DNA of 63,859 nucleotides, filler included, from Parasitella parasitica NRRL 2501 (lineage: Eukaryota > Fungi > Mucoromycota), in the NCBI GenBank assembly GCA_025201805.1. It is 6 parts of 6 records of this genome, joined end to end, with 100 filler letters (N's around TTAATTAATTAA, not from the genome) between each part and the next. Parts side by side here need not be neighbours in the genome. Positions count along the whole stretch, not along the records: positions 2,988 to 27,012 come from MU619418.1; positions 27,113 to 28,987 come from MU619424.1; positions 29,088 to 31,557 come from MU619476.1; positions 31,658 to 33,114 come from MU619634.1; positions 33,215 to 63,859 come from MU619437.1; 1 more part is not named here. The stretch is one strand, 5' to 3'. Shown in pieces: positions 24,401 to 35,690 of this stretch. Numbering within the stretch: the stretch's first letter is position 1; each line of letters begins with the position of its first letter. A model generated the notes under the pieces. It saw nothing but the letters and a program-made list of their open reading frames with translations. It made no database searches and had not been told where the DNA came from. The translations under genes and the position numbers were made by a program.

Positions 24401-24546
24401 GTGACCCAGACTACGTCACCATCGTTTGAAGCCTCTGCCTCTTCTTAAATCGCCGGACCGGCACTGTTGGTCGGAAGACCCGCTTCTTGTTCGCATTGTG
24501 CTGGAGCACTGCCTCCGGCACGAGTCCACTAAACATCTTCCTGACA
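18464..24546 (-). mobile_element. Complete Ty3/gypsy LTR retrotransposon
   Basis: 260-bp LTRs at 18464-18723 and 24287-24546 (2 mismatches seen), TGTCAGG...CCTGACA ends, ATTT 4-bp TSD, PBS TGGTAGCATC (24276-24285, iMet-type), PPT GAAAGGGGATAA next to the 3' LTR. Confidence 0.97.
18588..24161 (-). CDS. Gag-Pol polyprotein, single 1857-aa ORF (Gag, CCHC, PR, RT, RNase H, IN, long acidic tail)
   Basis: CYFCGRPGHFKRTC; LVDSGAS; YLDD; ETDSSD; HESFGH..CSAC; MDFVG..TDRG..E; GPY; no chromodomain visible. Confidence 0.96.
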   Translation of the reverse strand: MTDQTLHQSKELLDLVLQAVNNLNVDVRGGDSQPVRLKQPDSYTGERDVRAIDTWVAAIDTHQEFYGWPDNKTYVFAGTLLSGRAGEWLRVLKQYRTSEAPVTWKELKEKLIAQFRPTSGTDDARDALDALVQTGLVRDYVDSFMDIVMMLPGITEEEQCHKFRKGLKDTELQAQLRDYPVDKRSLQVYFNHALNYAATRPHASVFSYGLPSQQQPAAYRDSGSSNAPPNDPMDLDVLRSRGRGASAENCLCYFCGRPGHFKRTCADRLDAIRQMDNNRRRGRGGNHGYNRGSSKRNQNYNNKQRRDDLHALQSSDTNQNANNSSTNDNDRNKLTQSCEHYSNGPCLDNKKTKMGSDQQMVEQLDSKLARDVPYLDQLNTTIETSSDLPLYAGYVYSREGIDNIPVKILVDSGASECYIKPSIANQAKGLGSKVDREVETAGGTVHKITDKIDYALNLQGYKVAVSSFVYDSKFDIILGRSWLKQHKPEFNWDNDTLTFHDDRQGTYEQYLITPKQVDRLLKRNEADVYLLYVCEDHNKEVQITRSMDSEWKQTLSHEYPTVFQDKLAGIPSSQEVEHVINTGNASPINRPAYKMSPLELDELKKQLNELLSLGLIRPSTSPWGSPVLFVRKKDGSMRMCIDYRALNKVTVRNTCPLPRIDECLDRLDGASYFSCLDLKSGYHQIRITDGNIPKTAMNTRYGKFEWSILGMGLCNSPPTFQAWMNKLLGYECIDKFALCYLDDVCIYSKTLEEHQKHIKIVLDKFKEAGLVVNIKKCRFFQRKLEFLGFEVCEHGIQPAVNKIKAIKDWPVPSNVQEVRQFMGLAQHYRRFIRGFAGIAAPLTNLTQGSGPKKRAIEWDATCETSFGQLKRLLTTAPLLALPDMSKPFRIETDSSDFGVGGVLLQPGDGNNKQWHPVAFESKKLSLAEQKLPAQERELIGIVHALRTWRCYIDGCPAGYTVCCDHNPLTYFRTQKKPTPRLIRWISDLEMFSPTIVYKPGKENVVADALSRIGDASSPAKQSLEPQYLYASWDDLPKDLKSDWPLLYLSDAIDTRVKTKSLKDLLKREKANFVIKSNNRLFRIVKPKQQGKLALEVPFVPFAHRADLVSKYHESFGHASIRNMMHMMGKRYWWPHMRSDIEDWIAPCSACQVNGPKLSKHQDVLHPLPIPAGAFERWHMDFVGELPVTRNGNRWLITAVDAATNWAIARAMPEATKEAVAEFIYQDIVTHFGCPVEIVTDRGANFNSGLVNEYVKKLGIHHKLTSAFHPRSNSKVERYNGTVKQMLRKYVQGAIHRWDEFVDAAVWSSRVWVNRTTGYSPYFLVYGREPRLPGDNVIPFIPNESMKDPKTIADITARELSELGQHRAAAQARMNAVSTKDKERWDTAMQFVGYDVGDLVLLTHEGKFGLEPAFKGPYIVTQVFDDYGTYQLETMSGQKLDSLVHRDRLKKAKGLKPDAAWYDPTVSRRAVKEVTTSRSGRVPRQRSLLVPTSSTQRKKYSSNGGIAIIGSALEEGEQEQQKISSSIKLVGASQDAEAQPSSTESIYDIYGSVPFDYEREISASVIDTDEFMSAESEEVVDMNTSGAAVADMNAATEEVVNMSATTEFNDDNATDVIDAYLDNVSALSEDVDIQKNAVIEDENMLQNIVDEYGDISPCLKENDETMEELTEEEREEKSLESVVHGYDDISSADDSSRHDTTDVIMEQQEEEPRQQSGSQGNKTTISCQKDKLDITSDHGNKMMNKSSRSSKELVDFSKMRDNVYPFSPQIMNRRQIEIRSYQETDYTDDEPLPTSDIDLHEDVEGPTSVSKGDNVRKMFSGLVPEAVLQHNANKKRVFRPTVPVRRFKKRQRLQTMVT

Positions 24547-25245
24547 ATTTTGATGCAAAAGTATTTTTTGTCTTGTCAACTTACGATATACTACTTCTCA
24601 AAAAGGCAACTCATTTTTACGTGATGTTTATGAAGAGTCAAGTAATACGTATTTTTAAATGGTGTTTTGAATGCAGCATGTTTATTCTGGAGTCTCAAGT
24701 GTTCTGAGGTGAAGGTCAATCTAAATTTAGCCTCTTATTTTGGATTATATAATTGTTGCCGATGGCTAAATGTTGAAGTTCATGGTTACATTTTGATCTG
24801 GGGCATTTATTTTTATTTTGAAATGGAGATTTGACAGTTCGATTTGACAGTTTATGATAGTTTGAATTTTAGAAAGTAGACATGTAGATGTAGATAGACA
24901 TTATGAAATCGTATAAAAACGATCATTTTATTTTTAATAAACCATGTCGAATTTTTCTTTCTTTTACACTTTAGTTACTATTGTTATTTTTTCACATTTA
25001 ACACCAACTACCCTAGATCTTAATTCATTTTCTCGATATACAATTTAAATAGCTCTTACAGTCTCCCTATTTACAAACAAATTTATATCACTTTGACTTA
25101 CCTACTCACTTACGAAGGCAATCATAAAAGAGAACTTGACATTTACCAGGTGCAAGATACAAATATGACTTTTCACTATCTGAATGGTGTAATGTATTTG
25201 GACAGAAATAGTAGCTCATGAAATAATACAATAGGCAATATTATG

Positions 25246-25590
25246 CAGTGTTTTTCAAATTGTTGCGACTTTCATAAAAAAAAATGAGACTATTTTTATT
25301 TGTTATTGAGACAAACTTATGACTAATTTGACCCAAACAATGATTCGTTTGGGACAGCTAGACTCCTAAGTTGAGACTATTTTCTTGCAAAATTGAGAAA
25401 AAAGTGGGAGAAATTGAGACAAATGAATGGGACAAATTGAGACACCTAGGTAATGTATTTGAGCCACTTGAATTATGAAATTGAGACAACCAAAGAAAGA
25501 AATTGAGGCGTCTAACTTGAGAGAATTATGGCCTCCTTTATTTTATATATAATAAGCTCAAGGACTTGTCTCTATTTTCTTTTTTCCAAA
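25246..25590 (+). mobile_element. Tc1/mariner-like left-end remnant
   Basis: Starts CAGTGTTTTTCAAATTGTTG, followed by many TGAGAC/GGGAC subterminal repeats like those in the 15950 element. Confidence 0.5.
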
Positions 25591-25890
25591 CACTATGGCC
25601 TCGCCGATGTTCTCATGAGAATATTGATGTGCATGAACGGGAACATTTTTTAGAGCCAAAAAAAGTGCTTATCGAGCTAGGTTAAGGCGATAAATGTGCT
25701 CATGCGAGAACAAAAATTGAAACATCTTATGATCACGTTTTTATGCTCAAATGAGCACATAAATTACTAGTTTCATAGGCTTAAAATTGCGCTCAAAAGG
25801 CTTGAAAAAATGTGCTCATGAAGCGAAAATGTGCCCGTACACTCAAAAAAATGTGCTCAAAAAAGTAAAATTTGCGTACAAAAATGTAGC
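25591..25890 (+). mobile_element. CACTA-like transposon end with subterminal repeats
   Basis: CACTATGGCC terminus matching 2988-3042; repeated ATGTGCTCA motifs. Confidence 0.65.
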
Positions 25891-26835
25891 TTTAGCTTTT
25901 GTTTATTTCTCAATTTTTGTAGTATGAACCAGTAATTTATTATCGCTTAAATTTTATATCGTCACATACAGTATTGTCTTGATTATGTAGCCTTTGGTTG
26001 ACACAGGCAATGATGGAGAACAGTGCAAGATTAACTATTATCCGATTTGAAATTGAAGCAGCTACTGAGGTATTTGCTATATAAAAGAAAAGCGCGTCAG
26101 TAAAATAAATTTTGTTGACGACAATAACAAATAAACACCTACATTGATTGTGAAAAGAGATGATACACTAGATCATATTATAATACTCGAAAAAAGAAAC
26201 AAGGAGGCAGCTTGAAAAAAAGTAGCAAGGTTTAGCTTCATAACTTCTAGAATCCAGGGCAAAAATGAGCAACAAACCTCTCATATTATCGTACATGTTC
26301 AGATACTGGGCACAAAATTACACCTGTAGTATGCCTAAATAATAGAAAAAATCTAATTATAGTGTATATTAATAAAACAAAAGAAGCAAGCCAAAAAGTA
26401 CTCAAAACTACCTTGACATTGACACCCAAACGACGTATAATGCAAAAACAATTTTCATACATAGCATCATCTTTAGCTATTGCCTATATTCAGCAGTAAA
26501 AGTAGTCAATCATTTAGTTGCAACAAACAATTTAATGCACATAGCAATACCATGCTCTCATATTATCTCTTATATTAAAATGATAGAAATCGTAAAAAAC
26601 AGTCCTCAGCGCTTAAAAATGAATCGTAAAAAACAGTCATACTCTTTTAAAAAAAAAATAATAGACGTTTTAACGTCTAACAATTTCTTTTAAAAAAAAA
26701 CAAACATCGAACAATCTCTATATTTTTTATTTTCGAACCAATATAAGTGGTATGGAATAGGGGGGGGGGGGGGTTTTTTCGAAAAGCTAATTCAAAGCAG
26801 ATTAAACTTTCTTAGATTTCGTAATTTTGATCATA

Positions 26836-27012
26836 ATGAGTGAAACCAATGTTGTATTTTGTGCCTCATGTAATGAACCAGGACATTCACGTCGATCTTC
26901 ACGCCTTTGCAGGCTTAACCCAAACAACGAAACAACAAATGAAGATGTCATAATGGAAGAAGCTCACGGATTGCGATGTGCTTCATGCAATGAGACAGGG
27001 CATCTCAGACGA
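26836..27012 (+). CDS. N-terminus of a TE-type protein with tandem Cx2Cx4Hx7C zinc knuckles, truncated by gap
   Basis: CASCNEPGHSRRSSRLC then CASCNETGHLRR. Confidence 0.55.
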
Positions 27013-28068
27013 NNNNNNNNNNNNNNNNNNNNNNNNNNNNNNNNNNNNNNNNNNNNTTAATTAATTAANNNNNNNNNNNNNNNNNNNNNNNNNNNNNNNN
27101 NNNNNNNNNNNNCCATACAACCTTGTGTATGTAAGGCGCGATAGCATTATCCATGTCTTGTCATTTGCAGCACTTATTCTTTGGAAGCATCAAGGTAATT
27201 TGACTCATCCTGTAACTGATCAAGGCTGTATATTTTCTCACCGCTTATAGACTGCATAATTCTGTTGAGCAAGGCGAAACTGTTTTATTACATACGCATA
27301 TGAATAATTTTAAGATTGAGCTCTTAAGGCGATATCAAGTAGATCAGCTGGTATAGAATGGAAAGCAGGATTACAAGTACACATATCTCAGAATCAAGCC
27401 TTAACTTATGGAGTCTCACCTGGTTAATATCACCACTCAACACTCTAAAAATCATTTTCAAGAACTGCTTAGACAAAGTCCCTATTTAAATAAAATGTTC
27501 CATGCCAAGTTCAAAAGCAATTTTTATTGAGGTTCACAATGTGTTCCAATTTACTTTCAAAAGTTGTTGCAAACCAAGTTCAACTTTTGACCTTTTTGGC
27601 ATAAAAAAAAGCGCCCATTGTATACTATATAATAACAAAAATGATGTTGAAGTTTAATCTTCCAAGTGCTAACCTAAACTTAGTTATCTTATACATACAG
27701 TATATTTCTATACAAATGTGTGATTATACCACAGCTTTTTGGCGTAAAACATTAATGGCATTGCTATATAGTGATAAGGGGTGTGTAGAGATTATTGCTG
27801 TATGTTTAATGGGTTTCTGGTCAAAGTCAGTGTCATAAGTAGCCATTTGATAATATGATACAAATAAAAAAGATTGTTTTTATTATTGAATTCAACCACT
27901 ATCTAAAGTGTGCTTCTCTTAATTCTCAAAGCCTCAAAAAGAAACTTTGATTAACAGAATCAACCACGGGAAGGTGGATAAGAAATACTAAGAGTAAGAT
28001 AAAGGTGTAGAGCAAGTTCAAGTGATTTTCAATTTCTAGGTTAGTTTTGTTTGTAAGATGTAGAGAAG

Positions 28069-28730
28069 TCATTGGGCGGGACAAATATCTCTATGATTCT
28101 CCATGATAGTTAAATGCATAGGATTGACAGGTGGCCAATGTTCGAATACTTTTGTCTTGCTTTTTTCACTGGCTTTGAGCTCCAACAAGTAGAAATGGTC
28201 ATCAGTCAGGAACAAGATGATTGGATCGCAAATGACATTTGGGTCAAGAGAGAAGAAAGGCACAAAAGTCATTCTACTCTTGTTGTAGACAACATTTCCT
28301 TGAGAATCCAACTCAGTTCCTTTACCAGGAAAAGAGCGAGCAGAGGAGCCAAGCAAGACAACAGGGCGAGAAAACGTATCAGCAACGAGTTGGGGGCAGC
28401 CAAAGGTATCGAACCACATATACTGTTCATTAGGCAGCATGCAAGGTGCCTTGACATCACCCAGCTTCTTCTCAAACTCCTCTAAATCAAGACCATATGT
28501 CGTATAGACATGTTGGTAAGAACGAAGAGTTGCAAGCAGCTTTTGCTTAACCTCGACCCAACGCTCCTCATCGCCATATACTGCAACGCTCACTGCTCTA
28601 AAGCCACAGTTTCCGTCACCAACAGGATTAATCAAGCCAGCTGCTTGAGCGAGGTCGGTGGGGTGTAGTTGCTGGAGAAGATACGAGCTAGTATCAAATA
28701 CTGCTACAGAACTGGAATTCTGACCGTTTC
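28069..28730 (-). pseudogene. OTU-like cysteine protease domain, probably transposon-borne
   Basis: PVGDGNCGFRAVS catalytic Cys loop and DHFY His motif. The frame extends upstream of the listed ORF to an AG acceptor near 28730. Confidence 0.75.
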
Positions 28731-29087
28731 TATATGTAAATGATATTAGAATCTGTATACCTTAATGTTTTGGTTTCAAGTATACATATTCTAATTTTCG
28801 ACAATTACCTTTTTTATAACCGACAATTGCTTTTTTAGTAATAGAGACCTTGCTAGGTTATAAATATTTGAAATTTTTACAATATTTTTATAAAAAATCA
28901 TGCCATTTTTGTAAAAAAATGTAACATTGCCATTTAAAGAAAGTAGGATATTATAACAAAATGGTATGAAATGTTGCAATTTATAAANNNNNNNNNNNNN
29001 NNNNNNNNNNNNNNNNNNNNNNNNNNNNNNNTTAATTAATTAANNNNNNNNNNNNNNNNNNNNNNNNNNNNNNNNNNNNNNNNNNNN

Positions 29088-29743
29088 TACATCTGCACTA
29101 TATTAATTCCTACAAGTACTACGCTTGCTGATTTACTGCAAATATATTATATGATTGTATCAGATACGAATCAGTATAATATCTCAACGGTCACTGGATA
29201 TCGCAATGTCTCGGCTGCCATGACATCAAGAAAATATGCGGACTTGCTCTCAAATGTCAAGGTGCGAACAAACTATTTGATATGTTACATCAGCTCATAT
29301 TCTTGGATCAATCTCAACAATGAAGCATATCAAACCAATTGACAATGATAACACGGTGTATTTTCTATTCGTTCATCAACAGTGACAAGATAATACTATC
29401 ACATTAATCTATTGGTAATTACAGCTACCATCTCAGTTGTAGTAAATAATTGAAGATATGAATACCCTGTATTTATATCATAATAAACGAGATACTTCTT
29501 TTATTGTTCGGAGACAGTTGAAAGCTGTGAATTATTACAAGTCTCTTTTTATTGTATTGAAATATCTGAAATATACATCAGACTAGTACTTTGAATAAGT
29601 CACCAAAAATTAATGTAGTTGTAAAAAGTATAAATAGCAGATGCAAAGTTGAGTCTTTAATAAAGTAATCTCAAGTTTTCGTGTCCCGTTAATTCAACGT
29701 TTTATATTATACTTTACTTATTTCGATCTTGCAGATCTCAACA
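29088..29743 (+). mobile_element. LTR fragment, family B
   Basis: TATAAATA, AATAAA and ...CTCAACA end. AATAAGTCACC...ATGTAGTTGTAAAAAGTATAAATAG is shared with 58295-58493 on the minus strand. Confidence 0.65.
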
Positions 29744-30348
29744 AATATCAAAGAGTTTTTAACATGCTATCTTCAATTTCTGTGGAGAAATTTATTATGA
29801 AAGGGTCAGCCCAAATGGGCCGATTGGGGTAATTGTTTTAATATACGAAATAGATATACAATTAAAACTGGATATATTTATTCGTATATAAAAAATAAGA
29901 CGATTCTTCTCTACACAACATTTGCCTAGACTATTTATACTTTTCGAGTGCTGACATCGGTTGCATGCTTGTGGAATCGAGGCTTAATAAACTTGCACCA
30001 GATAGAACCAATTACTAGCCATGTGCTGCTAGTACAAGTAATCGTAAACCAGTTATTACCAGAAGGAGACAGGAAGGATAGTGGTCTTGAGAAAGAGTAT
30101 AATCGCCTTGTGGTATAAAGGATTTCTAATGAGTGTAACCATGGTATAATACTTTTGCATAATTGTGAGAATACCCAAGTTGGATCTCAGGCACAACATC
30201 AACTCAACAACCCACCTCGCTTAGCCTTTACATCTTAAACAGTAATCCCTACTTGTTAATTAAAGAAGTTACACGCAAGTCTATGTATATCTGACAAAAG
30301 TAACTCCACAAATATATGTCTACGAGCACCACAAAAAAGTGTAAAAGT

Positions 30349-30420
30349 TGCCGGTAGCAGGAATCGAACCTGCATCATCACGGCCACAACGTGGTATACT
30401 AGCCATTATACTATACCGGC
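30349..30420 (-). tRNA. tRNA-His(GTG)
   Basis: GCCGGTA/TACCGGC acceptor stem, CACG-TTGTGGC-CGTG anticodon arm, GCAGG-TTCGATT-CCTGC T arm. Confidence 0.93.
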
Positions 30421-30457
30421 TTCCTTATTCTTGTCACAGTTAAAGGAGGATTAGATA

Positions 30458-31557
30458 CACTATTTTAGGAAAATAATCGCTCACAAAAAAAAAAAAATTC
30501 GTTCGCAATAAAAAAAATAAACCAATCAGAAAATAAATAAAAAATCGTTCACAAAAAAATATGAATACTGATCACTCGCAGTAAATATTTTCGTTCACTT
30601 TTCGAAAAAAAAAATTAATTCAACAATGGACCAATTTATATATGAAGATGGTAAAGGAAACCTTAACAATGAAGAAGGCGAAAAAGTTGCAGTTCTTGAA
30701 AAGGAAGTTGATGAATTAGAATATCCTCTTGAGGATGTTACTAATCACAACATGTACTTGGATTTAAAACCACCTGAAAAATCAGTAAAGATTGAACAAG
30801 TTCAGGAACAAGCGGATATGGAGAACGAAGAGAAAACAGATAACAGTGATGTGTCAATTTCCCAACCGGAAGTCAAACTCAAGTAAACTCAATCCTGAAC
30901 ACAATTCAGGAACATATCCCAATGGATCATGTTCCTTATTTATAACTCAACATGACATGTTCATGGATAATAGATACNNNNNNNNNNAACCCACCGAAGT
31001 TATAAGCCTGAGGTCAAAAACTACTTTTTTTATCTAATTTATGAGAAAGGGATGAGCGTACGTGCCGCTGCTCAGGAAATAAAAGTGCCTCAAAGTACGA
31101 CACAAACATGGAAAAAGAAAGCTGAGCTCGCTGGAGATGAGGAAATGGAACCGAGACAAAGTGGAAGTGGCAGAAAGGCCGGTAGACCCCCTGTTCTTAC
31201 AGAGGAACATCAACAATTTTTAATTAACTTTATTGACGAAAAGCAATCCTCTGTATTGGACGAAATGATGATCGAAGGCCTTACTAGTCATTTCGCCGGT
31301 CTTACAATCAAAAAATCAGCACTTCATGATTTTGTAACCAAAAAATGCAATATTACCCTTAAAAGAGCGCATTTCCACTCAATAGAAAGAAACAGCCCTG
31401 AAAAAATTGAGGAACGATATTGCTCGGTGAAAAAGATGTTTGAAACTGATATGGATTTTTCAAGTAATTGCGTTTTTATAGACGAAGCCGCGTTCCATAT
31501 CAACATGAAGAGATCAGTAGCTTGGTCAAGAAAAGGAGAAAGGGCCGTAGTTGTTGT
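30458..31557 (+). mobile_element. Tc1/mariner element, interrupted by LTR family A and truncated by gap
   Basis: TA|CACTATTTTAGG left end; transposase MDQFIYEDG... resumes after the insertion as THRSYKPEVK...GRPPVL...FIDEAAFHINMKR. Confidence 0.88.
30852..30977 (+). mobile_element. LTR family A insertion inside the Tc1 transposase gene
   Basis: Near-identical to 3394-3519; runs into a small N gap. Confidence 0.8.
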
Positions 31558-31657
31558 NNNNNNNNNNNNNNNNNNNNNNNNNNNNNNNNNNNNNNNNNNN
31601 NTTAATTAATTAANNNNNNNNNNNNNNNNNNNNNNNNNNNNNNNNNNNNNNNNNNNN

Positions 31658-33114
31658 GGGATCCAGGGCACGACAAGTCAAAAAGTGATCGCGAGAGATA
31701 AAAGCGCCTGTGGCACAGGGACACTCTTCTCTACGGTTTGTGAACCGGCCAAGACGCCAACGAACAAGACGACTTCGAGCAGATCGACCAATGGGCAGGT
31801 AGAGAACGGGATCTGGGCGAGAGGCAGACGAGCGACAAGCACGAAGGAGAACCTGAGAGCCAGAAACAGCAGCAGAAGCAAGTTGACGATCAACCTGATC
31901 TTGCCAATAGTCACTAAAGAAACTAGTAAGACCAGAAAAAGATGGCAGAGGATCAGGGAGGGCTAGATACATTGGGTTTCGACAAATAAATTTGTCTAGC
32001 CTGTTGTATAGCATGCTGTTTCGAATTAGCACCAGTAAGCAATCCTCAGGAAGCGTATCAGCACGCAGAGCAAAGCGAGTAGCCAGAACATTGTAGCGAT
32101 GCTTCATGCTTGGGATACAGGTTATATGTTTTGCAACATTGTACCATGTACCACCAACAAACATACCCACCAGCCGGTTTTGCAGATCATCCAAAGCTTT
32201 GAAGTCACGGAACGAGAGGTTAGAAATAGCAAGGCCATATTCCAATTTTGGGCGGATGAATGTCTTGTACAAACGAGAACTCAATAACAAAGAGAAGCCA
32301 GTTCGGTTGACTCCTACAGAGTTCAACAAAGACATAACCTTGATAGCACCAGCTGCGCGCAAAGTAATAATCCCAGGAGCATAGAGACCTTTATACCGAA
32401 ATGGCATACCAAGGTACGTGAATTCCTCAACCAAAGGAAGAGGCTCACCATACAAGGTCAGAGGAACTCGATTAGAGGCAGTAGGAGCAGAGATGACAGC
32501 GCATTTGGACGGTTTCCACCGATATCCAAGCGAGAAAGAGTGTTCAGACGCTGCATTCAGCATGGCTTGAACATTTGCCTTAGAGCCAAAGATTGCCACA
32601 TCATCAGCGAAAAGCAAACTATTGATGCAAAGCCCTCGTATTCCCGGGGGAGAGACCATTGTTGCGCTATTAGCCACGGACCGAAGAATACCAGGCAACG
32701 AGTTGATATATAGAGAGTACAGGTGAGGGCTAAGGACAGAACCCTGTAGGACACCAGTAACAGGCGAGAAGGGAGCTGAGCTGTGATTAGCAATCAGCAC
32801 TGTTACAGCGACATCATCAAACATGTTGATCAATAGACCCAGGACTGGTCGAGGCAGAGACGAGCGAGCTAAAATGTCCCAGATGACACGACGATCCACC
32901 GTATCGTAAGCCGATTTGATATCCAAAAAGGCAACAACTGGATAATGGTGGTGTGTGAGGAAGTAGTCATGCATCAGGTCATGCAAGCAGAGGGCCTGGT
33001 CCAGAGGACTACGCTGGGGACGGAAACCACCTTGAGCTACATCCAAAGCGGGAGAATGGTCATCAAGAGCAGGCATCAAAGAGAACTCAAACAATTTACG
33101 CAGCACTGAAGTGA
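31658..33114 (-). mobile_element. LINE ORF2 fragment (RT and C-terminal Cys/His domain)
   Basis: QGGFR, FLDIKSAYD, GVLQGSVLSP, LFADD, YLG, CPC...DHFLTC. Confidence 0.95.
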
Positions 33115-33929
33115 NNNNNNNNNNNNNNNNNNNNNNNNNNNNNNNNNNNNNNNNNNNNTTAATTAATTAANNNNNNNNNNNNNNNNNNNNNNNNNNNNNN
33201 NNNNNNNNNNNNNNGAAAAAATCCGTCATTTTGCATCGAAAAAAAAATCGTGCTCAAATTGCGCCAAAATCATATATAATGTAGTTTTTCCCCAATGGAT
33301 ACTATTTCTGGTGTTTTCAGGGCACTTTTGTTTATAAAAACAATCAAAAAATGGCACACAAGGCTATAGTTCTTGCTTTTAAGCTGTAAAAATATCTATC
33401 TGAAGATGATATCATGTCAAGAATATTTTTAGTACATGACACAGCTCTATAAAGTAAGTATTTTTGATACCACAAGTGTACCTTTCGTCATAGTAATATG
33501 ATAAAACAGGTGTGGCTCATCGAGCTGGAAGCAGAAGAAAGTAATTAATGGAAACAACATTTTGCTGTAAAGGCCCCTTGTGATTTATGAATAATTCATA
33601 AATTGCTAATTGCTAGTGACAGAGAAGCCCTATTACCATTGTTACTTATAATAATGCTTAATGTCAGTTTAAGTATTTCTTTTTTTGTAGTTTTAATGCT
33701 AATCATGCAAAATAGAAGGTAAAGTAGAGGTTAATATTGAGGTGGAGGTAATTTTACTAAGAAAAGTTAAGCTTCATAATAAGCTTCTGGTAAATTCCAG
33801 GTTTCAGGCACAGCACTGTAGAATATCAAATTCTGAATGGGGGATAGCTCGCTATATCAAACACAGTTTTGTCCACTAACCCGTCCGTTATAACGAGTCC
33901 ACTTAAAGATTTTACTTTTTCAACTTCAA

Positions 33930-35690
33930 AAATGTCACGTACAGTATTCATCATTGCTTAAGTTTTTAATACTAACATATGTAGATTAAGTTTATATGAC
34001 CAAAGCTATTCTTTAGTGATGATATGATATAAATACTTATAAAAAATACAATCCAAAACAAGTGAAAAGTTAACATATTTCATGTTACTAACGCAGTAAC
34101 TGGACAGTTTCCAATTTAGGCTTCATGGGAAAGCAGTAACAATTATGATTTATATGGAGTACAAAGGCGTACAATTGTCTTGATACTGTATGTTGAATGT
34201 TAGTGATGATATTTGTCATGTTCAATATTGTTTCAAGGACACGGTTCTTAATAAAGAAATGTCTTACTAATTCAAACAAGATGTGAGAAAGACCGCCAGT
34301 AGTTCACATCGCTATATACGCTTTTGGAATGTGCGATTAGACTCTACGATACTTCTCAAAGCTGGATTAGGTTCTGCAGAGTTGATTAGCGATATAACTG
34401 ACCACAGAATTGAATCTTTACGAAACACTGTTACAAGTAATGGTTCTGAAACATCGGATTGCCAAGTCTCAGACTCTTCCAACACAGTTAGTTTGCCCGC
34501 TGATTTTGTTGCCTCGCCCGTTTTCAATGACCCAGCAAGTCTCACCAATCTCACACATTTCGGTATACATAACCATCTAATCAATATCAGAAAAAGCTTT
34601 TTAAATCAAAGAGAATATAAAGAACCATCCAAGGGTACATAAAGATTTCAACATTAGTCGTTTATTCAACAAGTACCAGATTGCTGTCTACAACATTGTT
34701 AAAAAACACGAGAACCTTCCTATCGAATCATACGTGCATGAATTTCTTTGACGCATATATTTTTTCTCTGCAAAAACCAGCATAGCGAGATTGCTGAAAA
34801 AATATTCTCTTTGTATTATTTAAAAGATCTGACAAATTTACCTGAATTAGAAACGATGAATGACAGCCTTAATTATTCTTTGACCATTACCCAGACTATT
34901 ACAAACCTCACCTTGAACAAGACAACAAGAGAAAAATCAATTTTGGATCTTTTTGTTCTTGCTTCACAATTGAACTATGGTCAAAAGCGACTTCTTTTAG
35001 GTGTTATTAATTTGTAAGTAAATATAAAAAGATAGTTTTACTAGTTTTTTTCCGGCGCTCGGATCAAGGATTCAGAAGCTCCCCTGTTCTCCTCTAAATG
35101 ACACTACAAACAAGTGAGCGACAGCGAGTTATGGAGTAAATACTTTGATCCTTTGTTGTCATGCTTAATCAGCGGCCGAGATCGACTTGTTCACCCTCCG
35201 TTGGACTAACAATACCCCGAATGAAAAAGGAAAGTCTCGGCCTGATGCAGTGATAAGTGAAAAACCACAGTTGATATTTGGAGGCAGTGTAGGCTATGGA
35301 GAAGCTAAAACCAAACAAGGCTGTTGTAACAACCTTTTGTGTCTGTATACCCTTCGTTTGGCAATTTTTACAAAAAAATGCCATTGATATCATTAAATTG
35401 GATGGTGCTCTTGCTTTTCCTATTCATAGTAAAGAATACGGTACAATAAGACAGATATTTCTAGGATTCAATCGCTTTGAAGATTTACCATCATTATTTA
35501 CTCTGATCAACATCAAAAACCTCCTTGAAATCAATCATATTTTTTTTGGAGTATTTGAAAAAATCTCAGAATCCTGATAACGTTGAAGGAAGATATAAGG
35601 CAACTCAAATGCCTTTAGATGCCATTATAGATCCATATCAAGACAGCACTCAAAAATGACATTATTCCAATACCTATACATTTCATCTTT
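33930..35690 (+). pseudogene. Decayed gene with a PD-(D/E)xK restriction-endonuclease-fold domain (boundaries approximate)
   Basis: Fragmented frames including KSRPDAVISEKPQLIFGGSVGYGEAK; multiple stops and frameshifts. Confidence 0.55.

Noticed and set aside
2988-25645. Giant transposon capturing host genes between 55-bp inverted repeats
   Set aside because: The CACTA termini face outward, so the intervening DNA is flank, not cargo.
723-33114. Joining the two LINE fragments into one element
   Set aside because: Opposite strands, different contigs, and their overlapping RT region differs substantially.
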